From the NCBI RefSeq assembly GCF_048593235.1, contig NC_133622.1, positions 95,852,001 to 95,916,000 of the forward strand: a stretch of 64,000 bases of DNA, read 5' to 3'. The notes under the pieces are model-generated. The model saw only the letters and a list, made by a program, of their open reading frames with translations. It ran no database searches and was not told the DNA's origin. The position numbers and the translations under genes were made by a program. Positions 24,900 through 36,904 of this stretch are shown here, piece by piece (position 1 is the first letter of the stretch; each line of letters begins with the position of its first letter). Source of the DNA: Sminthopsis crassicaudata (taxonomy: Eukaryota).

Positions 24900-26350
24900 A
24901 CAGCAGTGGTGATAGTATCAGTAGTGATTGTAGTATTGTGGACAAGGAAGAAGGAAAAATTAAAAATATTTCTGAGGTTTCCAGTCTGGGTAACTAAGAA
25001 AATAATTATGGCACTTTTGTCAAAATTATAGGAAAATAAAGTAAACTGGTTTGGGGGATAGGGAGGATATGATGAGTTCCCATTTAGACGTGTTGATNNN
25101 NNNNNNNNNNNNNNNNNNNNNNNNNNNNNNNNNNNNNNNNNNNNNNNNNNNNNNNNNNNNNNNNNNNNNNNNNNNNNNNNNNNNNNNNNNNNNNNNNNNN
25201 NNNNNNNNNNNNNNNNNNNNNNNNNNNNNNNNNNNNACATATATTTGTTGTTGAGTTATCTGGATAAGTTTCATCTGGATAGATGTAATAATTGAAGCCA
25301 TGGGAGTAATTAGTATTTTTGAGAAGGTATATAGAAAAAAGCATAGGGACTGGTTTACTGTGGGAATCAAATAAAAGAATATTCACAAAATATTTTGTAA
25401 ACTTAGAAGTACCTTAGAAAATTTTAACTATTACTATTAATTTTCACCTACTTCTTTCTCTCTTTTCTTCATCTTCTTGTTCTGTTCTTGTTCTTGTTCT
25501 TATTGTTACTATTATGTGAAAAGGGAAGAAAAATAGCCAGCTGGGAAGACAAAGAAAGCATTGTAAGAGCTGTAGTAGAATAATCAGTTCTGTGAATATT
25601 GGGAAAGTCAAAAGAGGAGAAATTATAACAAGAGAAAGTCAGTCAATAGATAGTAGAAAAAGATCAAGATGTCAGTAATTCTATTTAATTCAGTTCATTT
25701 CGATTGAAAAAGCATTTATTAGTTTTCTAAGAAGTGACAAGCAATATGAAAAAGTGCTGGGGATAGAAAGACAAAACTAGAATGTTCTCTGCCTTCAAGG
25801 CATTTATTGCCTACATATGTAATATATGTAAATAGTAAACATAATTTTAGAGATTGGAGAACCCGCCAACTTTTGGGATTTTTAGAAATGGTGTCCTATA
25901 AGAGGTGGGATTTAATTAAGCCTTGAAAGGACCTAGGGATTCCAAGTTGAGCTAAGAAAGAATTTTAGGCATGAGAGGCAGGCATGGAGACAGAACATGG
26001 AATGTCATAAATGGAGAACCAGGAATAGGCCAGTTTGGAACATAAAAATATGTGTCAGGGAGTAATGTCTTAGAAATGTCTAAGATGGAATCATATTATG
26101 AAGAGCTTTAGATGTTAAACAGCAAAATTCTATTTTATCCCATAGGCAAGAGGAATTCTCTGAAATTTTTTGAGCAGAGGAATGAGTTGTTCTATAATGT
26201 AAAAATATTTGTTTGGAGCTATATGGAGGATAGCTTGGAGACAAAAGAGACTTGCAAGAGTCAGGGAGACTAGGATGATAAGTTTGTTAATAAAGGTGAT
26301 GGGAAAAATGGTGAGTTCTTAAATAGAAATAGAAAAGTTAGATAGAATTG
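24900..26350 (-). mobile_element. Fragmented L2 LINE (interrupted by a gap and CT-rich sequence)
   Basis: gatagggaggatatgatgagttcccatttagacgtgttga; aagcatttattagttttct...gtgctggggatagaaagacaaa; ttttatcccataggcaagaggaattctctgaaattttttgagcagaggaatga. Confidence 0.8.
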
Positions 26351-26369
26351 GAGAGGGAGTCATTATTAT

Positions 26370-26600
26370 TATTGTTTTTCTTATTTAATATTTTATTTTT
26401 CCATAGTTATATGTAAAACAATTGTAACACTTTTTAAAAATGTGAGTTTCAAATCCTCTTTTTCTTCCCCTCACCCCCATTGAGAAGGCACACAATTTGA
26501 CATGTTATCCATGTGTGTACTCAAGCAAAACATACTTCCATGTAAGTCAGTCTGTGGGAAAAAAACATGGACTGACCCCTCCACCCCCTGAAAAATAAAG
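26370..26600 (-). mobile_element. L1 3' end (old)
   Basis: ttttatttttccatagttatatgtaaaacaatt...cccattgagaaggca...aaaacatacttccat. Confidence 0.8.
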
Positions 26601-26604
26601 ATAA

Positions 26605-27060
26605 AGTGTGGTAGCAAAGAATTGGAAAATGAGTAGATGTCCGTCAATTAGGGAATGAATGAACAAGTTGTGGTATATGAAGGTAATGGAATATTATTGT
26701 TCTATAAAAATGATGGAAAACCTGATTTTAGAAAGGCCTGGAAATGTTTACACGAACTGATGCTAAACAAAGGAAGCAGAACCAGGAATGTATTGTACAT
26801 AATAATAGCAAGAATATGTGTTGATTGACTATGAAAAGCTTGGTTCTTCTCAGTGGTTCAATGACTCAAAGCAATCCCAGTAGACTTTGGACAGAAAATG
26901 CCATCTGTATCCAGAAAAAGAACTAAAGAGACTGAATGTAAATCACTTCTTTTTTCTGTTATTTTTTTCTTTTTATCTCTCCCATGATTTTTCCCTTTTG
27001 CTCTGAATTTTTGCCTCCCAACATGATTCATAAAGTAACGTGTATTCAAAGTAAATAAAT
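26605..27060 (+). mobile_element. L1 3' fragment
   Basis: gtggtagcaaagaattggaaaatgagtagatgtccgtcaattagggaatg (VVAKNWK...CPSIGEW), followed by 3'UTR. Confidence 0.9.
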
Positions 27061-27299
27061 TTAGTGGAAATAGAAAAAGTGTAAGAAGTTCTCGTTAGAA
27101 ATGTTGAACTTGATGCCTTTTTTGACTTAGATAATTGCATCTGGCTTATTTTTGCAGATGCAAGATACTTCAATATGAAGAATTGAGTGAAAGTTGATCT
27201 GGCCATTGTGCCTAAATAGCATCCTTTATAATATGGAGGCTAGCTCAGGAAAATTATGAGTTAAATTAGTGTGAAAGGTGTGCCTATGTGTCTGTGTGT

Positions 27300-27600
27300 A
27301 TGTTGCCTATGTAGATTATGGATGTTCACAATTGATTGTCTAAATGAGGCTCACAAGGGAGGCGTAAATAGCCCTGGAATCTGGCCCACTCCACTCCAAG
27401 GGAGAATTTAGATTCTGCCTGGAAGGGAACAGGAAATTGGAACTTCTAGGCTGGTCCCTCTGCTCTCCTCAAAGAGTGGGTACTAATCTAAAATTATATC
27501 TGCCCATTATATTGTTAGTCTATGGAAAATGTTTTTGTTATTAAATTCAAGATACTTTCCTGATCACCATCCCTTAAAGCAGAAGGAATGAAGCACACAT
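27300..27600 (+). mobile_element. Possible LTR fragment
   Basis: GC-richer U3/R-like sequence with attaaa at ~27540. Confidence 0.4.
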
Positions 27601-27601
27601 C

Positions 27602-28035
27602 TGAAAGCTGAGTTCCCTTTATCACCAAATATTAGTTATATAGGAAACCATCACAATTAGTGAATAGCAAATAAAACCTTTTATTCAATCAGAAAGCCAC
27701 CAGAAGTCAGAGAAATTTTATAGATAAGACTATTAAAAAAAAAAAAAACAATCCATAGAATAAATGAGCTCTCCCTTTGGGAGTGAGATATGTCAGCTTG
27801 ACTGACAGTTATTGACCTCACCTACTGGGAAAGTCTCTAAAGTCTTTAGAGAGGCAAATGAGAAATCCGGGACTTATTTGGGGCTGTCTTTCTTCTACAC
27901 ATATGCCTTCAAAGTCTGTTTTCTTTCCATATATCTCTATGAAGAAGTTCTGTGTTTTCTCAAAGCTGGAAGCAAGAAGGAGTCTCTCTCTCTCTCTCAA
28001 ATTCCACTCAACTTGATCCCTCATTCAGGCATACA
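27602..28035 (-). mobile_element. Solo LTR
   Basis: TG...CA termini, reverse AATAAA 27680-27685, reverse TATAAAA ~27716-27722. Confidence 0.55.
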
Positions 28036-28829
28036 GCACTGAATAATTATGCTTTTCTTAAATAATTGACAGCTCTACACAAATGCACTGGTTCAGAACT
28101 CTGGTTTTTATCAGAAATATAGGCCATGGACAAACTTTAGTGCTTTCTTCAGTGAGAATTAATGACCACCTGTATAGAGGATATTTGCTCTTAAATCAAA
28201 GATTAAAGCCCATGGGATGAGTCAGATTCTTTCTCCATGTTCCTTTCTCCCTTCATTTTCTCATTCAAATTCATTCATTTTCTCAACAAATTACAATACT
28301 GAGTATGACATTGAAATGCAATACAAAAATACAATTCTGAAAAAATCCTAAAGCATAGATCTGGAAGAGGAAGTTACAGATAATACCTTACCAATAACTA
28401 GCCTGGAAGTTGTGAAAAAGGATCATCCCTAACATATAATATAGATGGACCTTTTTCTGTACAAAAAAGGAAAAGTTCATAAATTATATTGAGAATTACC
28501 ATTCCATTATTTGAAATTAGATGCAGACTTGGAGGACTATAGATTGTCTGTTATGTTCAGCTGGTTTTAAAGAATATCTTTTAAGAAGATCTTATTTGAA
28601 CATGTAAGTCTCCTATGTTGATTTTCTCATTCTTCATTCTCCAATGGGTATGCTAATTTCCTACATAATCTTTCACTTTTCCCATCAAATTTAGAAGCTT
28701 TGCTGGAGCTTTCTTAATGTTAATCCCTTTTCATTGTTGATTATTTCTATTTTGTAGAAATTTGTATTTTTGATCTGTGTATAGCTATAGTTTGTACTTT
28801 TTGAAAGAAAAAGAATTTCTTTTGTCTTT

Positions 28830-29860
28830 CTTTGTATCCTGGCATTTAGCACAATGCCTGACATATACTAGATACCGAATAAATGCTTATTAAATGACTG
28901 ACTGACTAAATTGAAATGGGGGAGAGAAACTAATTACTTCTCCTTTAAAAACTCCCAGAGCTCAAGTAGCTCTCATTCAAACTACTGCAGTGATAAGCTC
29001 TTATTTGATGTTTATGGGATATTCATGTGAAAAAAAATCTAGTAGATATTTGGAATTCAGGATAAAGAAGAGTAACTGGCTTTTTAGGTGGGGGCATCAT
29101 ATGCATAAAGATGATAGTTGAACCCATGAGAGCTAATGAGTTCATTCAAAAGGAGTGTAGACAAAGAGAGGTATAGGAGGTTGTGCTATGACAGAATTCT
29201 GGGGTATGGTCAGTCATTCATGTGGGATATTAATAATGCCTTAGAGGAAACTGAGAAGGCAAAATTAGACAACCAACCAATTAGTCAATCAATGAATAAA
29301 TATTTATTTAGCCCCCACTATATGCCAGGCACTGCACTAAAAACTGGTGATACAAAAGGAGGCAAACAACAATCTCTGTCCTCAAGAAACTTATAATTTA
29401 ATGCAAGAAACAACACAAATAAATATATATGAAGAAGATATATCCAAATAAACAGGAAATTATCTACAGAGGAAGCTGCTAGAATTAAGAGAGGTTGGGG
29501 AAGGCTTCCTGTAAAAAAAATGGGGCATTAATTGGTAATTGAATAGGAATTCACTAGGTGGAATTAAAGAGGGAAAACATTTAGGAATAGAAAATAGTCA
29601 TAGAGAATACCTGGACCTGAGATATGGAATGTTTTGTTTATGGAACAGTCATCTGGCCAGCTTCACTGGATCAAATAGTACATGTCAGGGAGTAAAGTTT
29701 ATTTTTTTAGACTGGAAAGGTAGCAGGGATCTGAATTATGAAGTTTTCAGTGAAAACAGAGAATTTTGTATTTGGTCCTGGAGATAAGAGGGAATCACTG
29801 GAGTTTTGAGTAGGGGTGGGATAATATGATTGGAGCTTTATTTTATGAAAACCACTTGGG
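28830..29860. mobile_element. L2 tail (+, 28830-28910) and L2 fragment (-, approx. 29050-29860)
   Basis: tttagcacaatgcctgacatatactagataccgaataaatgcttatt; aaatatttattagcccccactatatgccaggcactgcacta. Confidence 0.8.
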
Positions 29861-30149
29861 GGGGTTTAGAATTCCTTTAAAATTGGGGATTTCTTGCTTC
29901 TTGAGACTCTGAAAGTCACAGGATAAAGTGAGAAGAATATAGACCTAAAGTCAGATGCCTGGGTTCAAATCTTACTCTGTTATCTACTATTTATATTACT
30001 GACTGCCTTGGGCCTCAATTTCCTTATCTGTCCAGTGAAGAACTTGGGCTGTGAAGTCCCCTGCTATCTCTCTATCTGTCACCTTCATCTACTTTTGAAC
30101 TCTGCTATCTGACTTGATATAGAGCTAACCTATTTCTTATTACCATTTC

Positions 30150-30440
30150 AGCAAAGTGAAGAAGGAAAAACCAATAAGAACAAGCAGTTTGTTGAAAAGT
30201 ATCCTTTTGGGTGATCTAAATGAGAAAATTGGAAAAAAATGTAGAATAAAAATAGTTTATTGTTCTTTTTTTGTTTCTTTTAAGGACAGAAGCAGAGAGC
30301 AAAAAGGAGACAGGCTTGTAGCATTTGTAGAACCAGCAAATATATGTGATGAATACTTTCTTGAAAAAACTCAAAGTTAGAGGATGGCACTTGTGAAAGC
30401 CAAAAGGGAATACAGACAAAATTGATTGCATCTTGTCAGT
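30150..30440 (+). mobile_element. RTE LINE AP-endonuclease fragment
   Basis: ILLGDLNEKIG...KGDRLVAFVE...MNTFLKK...IDCIL matches RTE motifs GDFNAKIG / G.RL..F / NTFF.K / IDYIL. Confidence 0.8.
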
Positions 30441-30789
30441 TATGAGGCTTATAATGTATGATGGATCAGGGTTTGGACAACTTATCTCCATCGTGCAGTC
30501 TGACTGCAAATTCTAAGTAATCTATATTTAAATCTTTGAGGAATCATGATACAAATATGCCCTCAATTGTTACATTTTCTGCACATGCTGAACAGACATT
30601 GGATCTGTCAGTCTGAGCCGTGGGCAATTGTTGATGGACAATGCAGGGCTGGAAGCCAGGACCAACAGAGCCAAGGCAGAAGTGGAGAATAAAGTTCAAG
30701 GTCTTGTCAAGTCGACAGTCCAAAATAAAGAATGCTGGAAAAAGTCACTGCTGAGAGCCAAAGCAGTAAGTCTAAACTAAGCAAACACT

Positions 30790-31396
30790 CAGTTATTAAT
30801 CAGAAGTTAGTTTGAGCAGGGCCATTTAGAGACATAACTAAGGTGGGGAACTCAGGGTTTTGTCTCTGGAAGGTTAAATTTAGAGGGTGCTGATAACTTA
30901 CAGTGCTTCAACAGTTTAGAAACACCCAGAGATTAGCACAAAGTTAGCAAGAATTAAGGAGGATGCTAGCAAATAATTCATACTTTTTCCCTGGAGTTGA
31001 TACAATCTAGATGAATTTTTCCTTGCCTTCAACCCACCTCATTCCTTAGCTGACACCCCTTAACACAAAGACATACATAAACATATACATACCCTATAGA
31101 GAACATCCTTAGAGTTTGTTTCATATAATTTGCCAGCTATTTGTTCTCGGTATAAAACCTAGTTATGAATCTGAGTCAAGAGGCAGGGTTTATATAGAAA
31201 TTCGAGATTAGAATCAAGCAGTGAATTATAGTCCTAGATCAAAGATCATTGAACAACCCAGAGAGCAGAGGCAGACATTGTGAGCTAGAGAAAAGAATTT
31301 CTTGAAACTGAGACAAAGCTTGTTTCAGTAAAGATATATTATAGGAGGCATCAATATATGATCAGTAGAGAGTCTGGAGGATTAAAGGCTGCAACA
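30790..31396 (+). mobile_element. Possible solo LTR
   Basis: tataaaa at 31151, attaaa at 31381 and terminal gctgcaaca; 5' boundary unclear. Confidence 0.4.
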
Positions 31397-32479
31397 AAAT
31401 AATGAATTGCCATACAATGGCTGGTCCAACCTGGAGCCTGATATCACTGATATCATAATTCATACAAATTTATCCATTTGTGTGGCTTTATTGACCCGAA
31501 TACATTGACAATTAATCCTGACTCTTTACAAGAGCAGAATAGCTCAAAAGATATGACCAAAGACACCATCTTTGCCAAATTTGTGACATATATTCATCAT
31601 CCAGATAAGTCCTTTGGAAGAATTTGTATTCTTTCGGATGTGGGGTAGTGAGGCAGAATGGTCCAGGGCTCAGAGCTTTGCCAGTGGAACATTCAAGTAG
31701 GTTGGGAACTTACTGATGGGCATGAAGGGAAAGGTATTCAAGGACAACCAGCCCTTATCAACATACTGCTATGCTATGAAAACCCTATCTGTACTGCCTT
31801 CTCATCTATAAGATCACATTCTGCAAAGCGCAAGTTATATAGTTACACAATGCTGTTTCTCCTTATTTCTCTGTCTGTCTCTTTCTCTTTGTGTTTCTAT
31901 TTGTCTCTCTTTCTGTCTCTGTCTTTATGCCTCCGTATCTGTCTGCCTGAAGAGGGGGAAAGGCAGCATCTGCGGTTGATAGTTTTGAGAAGTAGACCAA
32001 ATGCTTCCTTCCCTTGCACCCACCCTCACAGGTTAGCTGTACTGCCCTTATTTCTAACAGTATAGTATAAAGCCATCAGATAATTTTTAGTACATTTTTA
32101 TTTTAAATTTAGCAACCATTATTAAAGCTGACAGTTGAATAAAGATTAAAAACAAAGTACAAAATCTTACTCTGAACCCCTAGTCTCAAGGCAGAACCAA
32201 AATGATGTTCACAAACAGAAAAAAAAAAAAAAAGCAGGCTTCCTTATAGGCCAGCTGTTTTGGACCCTCTTTTCNNNNNNNNNNNNNNNNNNNNNNNNNN
32301 NNNNNNNNNNNNNNNNNNNNNNNNNNNNNNNNNNNNNNNNNNNNNNNNNNNNNNNNNNNNNNNNNNNNNNNNNNNNNNNNNNNNNNNNNNNNNNNNNNNN
32401 NNNNNNNNNNNNNNNCCTTTAAATACACATACACATTTAATTATAAGTGTATATACTACTTCTGATTCTGTTCACTAAA

Positions 32480-32730
32480 TCCCTTCATGTAGGTCTTTCC
32501 ATGTTTCCTTGTATTGCTTTGTATTTGTCAGTTTATAGAAACATGATATGTAATTACATAAATACACTATAATTTATTTAGCTATTGTCCAAATGTTAGA
32601 TGACAAAGATTGTTTCCAACTTTTTGTTACTACTAATAGAACAGCTTTGTATATTTTTGGACAGATATGTCTTCTTTTCTCTTCTTTTAAGGAACTTTTG
32701 GAATTTAAGGAATTTCTGGGTCAAACAGTA
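32480..32730 (-). mobile_element. Old L1 fragment
   Basis: ttcatgtaggtctttccatgtttcc...gtttccaactttttgttactactaatagaacagct. Confidence 0.65.
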
Positions 32731-33131
32731 GTACTCCATTGAATTTTAAATTTTATCTTTATTTTTATAGTCAGTTTTTAAAAATATGTTAATATTCTAC
32801 AGAAGATATTCAGATTTCTGCTGGACCTTACTTATTTTCTCTACTGCCAGAGGCCAGCCAATCTTCTTATTGTACTTGTGGACCCAGGCATTTAACTCAG
32901 CTATGGACTATTTAATTTTACCACCTCCTTCAAAGAGAAGATTCCTGGCAGGGGGTTCTTGGCTTCTTGGTACAACAGTTTTCACCAGTCCTTGGCTATA
33001 TGACTGCCAGTGGCTTACTGGACAGGGCATTTGATAGTCTAATAGATGGCTTTAAAACTTGTTGTATTTCTTTTTCTTAAGAGCCTCCAGTAGCTCCACA
33101 TTGTCCATAATAAAGTTTAAACCCCTGATTT

Positions 33132-33380
33132 GGGAGCTGGGTGGGACAGGGAGTAGAGTAATGGGTATAGAGTTGGGAAGACCTGAGTTGAAATGTGATC
33201 TCAGGCATTTAACTAGCTGTGTCACCCTGGACAAGTCACTTGACTCCATTTGTCTTAGTTTCCTAATCTATAAAATGAACTGAAGAAAGGGGCAAACTAT
33301 GCCAGAATCTTTGCCAAGAAAACTCCTACAATAAGGCCACAAATAGTCAGACACAACTGAAAAAAAACAACTAAATAACT
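33132..33380 (+). mobile_element. Mar1-type CORE-SINE
   Basis: tRNA-like head, CORE, and RTE-type tail atctttgccaagaaaactcc...agtcagacacaactgaa. Confidence 0.85.
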
Positions 33381-33954
33381 CTCTCCTATCTTATTTAATG
33401 AAATTAAACAACTTCTGCCCTCTTTTTTTCCTCCCATATTCTATAATCTGTTCTCATTTGTTTTTTCTAGATGAGATCATGTAGGAAAGTGGAAAAAGCA
33501 GTACTGGCTCTGGAGTCAGAGGACCTAGGTTCAAATTCTTCCAGGGTTGTCTTTGCCAAGACATTTAAAGTCTCTGGGCCATAACTTAAACATTTATCAG
33601 ACTGCCCTTGATTACCTTGATTTGTGTAGTTTTTCCTACTAACTTGCTAGCTACTTGAGAGTAGTATTTGGTATCTGTATCCCTATCATTTTGCACTATG
33701 AATGACATTCACAACAGATATTTAATAAATGTTTGTTGAACAAATAATACCTAAAATGCATTCTTACCTGTAATATAGATCCTGAGGATAATGTTATTAT
33801 AAAAGTAAGCTGAATTTAATTGCAGTGTACAGAAATTGTTCTTTAGTTACTAATGCCATGTAAGGTGAATTAATATAGTAAAAATGAATTAGAATTGAAA
33901 TCAATTGTTCATCCCATGCTCAGTTTTTGCCATGATTAGCTATGCAATTGTGGG

Positions 33955-34180
33955 TAGGTAGGTAGCACAGTGGGAAGTCAGGGACACCTGAGATCAAATG
34001 TAGCCTCAGACACTTATTAGTTGTATGATCTTGGAATGACCTAACTCTGCCTCAGTTTCCTCATCTATAAAATGAGTTGGAGAAGAAAATGGCAAATCAC
34101 TCTAGCATCTTTGCCAAGAAATTCCCCAAAATTGGGTCACAAAGAGTTAGACACCGTTGAAAATGGCTCAACTCAACAAC
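33955..34180 (+). mobile_element. Mar1-type CORE-SINE
   Basis: ggtagcacagtgg...cctcagtttcctcatctataaaatgagttggagaagaaaatggcaaatcactctagcatctttgccaagaa. Confidence 0.88.
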
Positions 34181-34914
34181 AGAAGCTGTTATAGGCAAGA
34201 TACCCAACTTGTTTGTCTGAGCCACTTTTCTCACTTATAAAATGGCTTGCACTTACCTCACAGGACTATTCTGAGATCCCAAAGAAGATAATATATATAA
34301 AATGCTTTATAAATTATAAAAAAATAAATGTGATCTCAGTATTATAACTCAAAATAAAAAAAATATTATTGACAATGTACAGAAACTCCTAAATAAAGAT
34401 ACTTCATTGAATGGTTTTAAAATGCTGGGAAAAAAACAACAACACAGACAAAGGTGTAGCTGTCCCCTCTCACAGTCCCCTACAGGAAGACCTGCTGCTA
34501 AGAGGAAGGACAAACATTGGGACGGGTAGCACAATCTCAAATATTCATCTCTTTTGAGGAACAGCAGTTACTTGCCTTGAGGAAAGTAAATCAGGAATGG
34601 AGGGAGAACTCTTGACATACTGCTGAGAATAGCTCAGTCTGGACAAAGTTAGAGCATCCCTTCTAGGTGGGGAAGATTGACATAGCTGCAAATGAACAAA
34701 AGAGTAATACAGAAGTACTCAGGAGGTAATTAGAACCTTTATTTTTAGAATTTCTCCTCCAACCCCGCACCAAAAATGCCTGGGAGTTAAGGAAAAAAAG
34801 ATAAATACTTCTCTATACAAGTGTTTAGAGAAGTGGAGCTTGTCAGTAGTGATAAGTATACTCAGGTTTCCCTTGAAATATATTTTTTGCTTTTAACTAT
34901 TGTTCTAACAAGAG

Positions 34915-35028
34915 CAGATAGGTGGCACAGTGGATGAAATGTCTGATTTGAAGTCAGGAAGACTTATTTTCCTGAGTTCAGATAATTGTAGTTATGTGAT
35001 TTTGGGAATTGCTCAACCCTTTTTGCCT

Positions 35029-35030
<2 letters not shown>
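34915..35030 (+). mobile_element. WSINE1/SINE1-type short CORE-SINE
   Basis: gcagataggtggcacagtggatgaaatgtctgatttgaagtcaggaagac...ttttgcctca, running into (TG)n. Confidence 0.7.

Positions 35031-35072
<42 letters not shown>
35031..35072. repeat. (TG)n microsatellite
   Basis: Perfect GT run, 21 units. Confidence 0.99.
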
Positions 35073-35074
<2 letters not shown>

Positions 35075-35215
35075 CTACACATATATCTCTTGATTTTGAT
35101 TATCTATATCTGTAATTTCTCTATGTAAAATAAATATATATGTAAATAGGTCAGGTTATATACATAGACTCACAAATATATGTTATATACATTTTATACA
35201 TACATAAATTACATA

Positions 35216-35251
<36 letters not shown>

Positions 35252-36815
35252 TATATATATACACATATACAAACACATCTGACCTATTTACTTCAAAGAG
35301 TTCTAAGAACAAAATAAAACATTGTATTATATCAGTCAAATTGGCATTTATGATTTATTTTCCTAGTTATCCATTACTAATTTCTGAATTCTGGGTTTAT
35401 ATTGTCCAAAACAAGGATGACTAGTCACCTGGTGACAACTGCCACTTTTATATATCATCCTTAAAAAGGATATGGAGTCTTTTCTTTCTTAATCTTCTCT
35501 TGCCATAGAATGTGAGCTTTTTAAAGGGAGGAATTGTTTTACTTGTTCTGTTTTTGAATTTGCATCTTCCTTCTGTACTGAGTACCCAATAAAAATACCA
35601 TCTAACAAACACGCATATGTATATATACACTTAATATGTAATTTCAGGTTTGCAAAATACTTTACAAATTGTATGTCATTTGATATATAACAACTCTGTG
35701 ACATAGGTTCTATTATTATCCCCATTTTTACAGATGAAAAAGCAGAGACTGAGAGAGTTTAATGACTTACCTTGGCTCACATAATTAGAAAGCATCTGAG
35801 GCAATATGTGAACTCAGGTCTTCTTGATTCTAAAACTAACACTTTCCACTGCATCGCCTGGTAGGTACTTCATAAATGCTTGTTGGCAGTCCTCTTTTTA
35901 TATAGTTGTGCAAGGAAGAGGAGACTTTCTTTAATACTCTCTTCTCTTTTTGATCCAAATAAATTTCCACCAGGAATGTTTCTCATGCTGCTGATGGTGT
36001 TCTCCATCCTCAACTACTCCAAATAGGTCTCCTTTTGTAGAAAGCAGTGGGCAAGTAGTGTACCAGTCAGTTCTGGAGATTATATGTGTCCCTTGTCTGC
36101 TACTCTTGGCTGTTCTAGAGATAGATTACTTTATATTTCATAATGCAAATAAGATAATTATTTTAATCTGGCTTCTTTATTTTTCAAAAGATGCATTCTG
36201 TAACATTGGCTTTCTGCTGGAGTAAAGGAGGAAGAACATCCATCTTGGTCTTTCCTTTTAATTAGTAGATATATCTCACAAAACTTATATATCCCCAAAC
36301 TTCTCCCATTATCCCAATCATTACACTTTTGCCACTTTTAAAAAATATTAACATGTGCTCTGAGGCTAGAAGTGTCCCTTTAGCCTCTTCTTAATGTTGA
36401 ATCTTGATGTCTGGGGAGGTTTTAACATTTATTTTTTAATTTATTTTTTTATTTGACACGATCACAATTAGCCTTGGAGCAGCTGTCCACTATGTGCCAA
36501 GGAGTTAAGGCTCCCTCACAGCTATCTCTGCTTAATGACTACATTTCTATAGAATGCAGAAACTAATGGTTTTTTGTCCTTTTTTGATTAACTAAGGTTC
36601 TCTGAGTTGCTTCATCATCCTGGCCATCTCACATCCTCAAGCGGTTTGCTACATTAAGTTCAGACAGAAAAATCTATTTCATCCCCCTCCATTGTAGGAG
36701 AATATAGTTTAGGACCATTTCTAACCCCATATCAACAAATGAAATGCTGCTTTGAAATAAGTGACCATTTGCTAGTTTCTCTCTTGCCACCCCCTACCCT
36801 AATGTCAGTAAATGC

Positions 36816-36829
36816 ATATATATACATAC

Positions 36830-36900
<71 letters not shown>
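36816..36900. repeat. (TACA)n/(TA)n compound microsatellite
   Basis: Direct inspection. Confidence 0.99.

Positions 36901-36904
<4 letters not shown>

Noticed and set aside
31658-32065. 135-aa ORF, the longest without gaps
   Set aside because: Spans CT-rich low-complexity sequence; no domain resemblance and no splice or promoter support
33132-34180. tRNA-like A/B boxes in SINE heads
   Set aside because: Parts of CORE-SINEs; no cloverleaf, so not tRNA genes
34486-34525. Plus-strand exon-like segment after cccctacAG
   Set aside because: Weak donor (GG|GTAGCA), 40 nt (frame-shifting), no recognisable peptide
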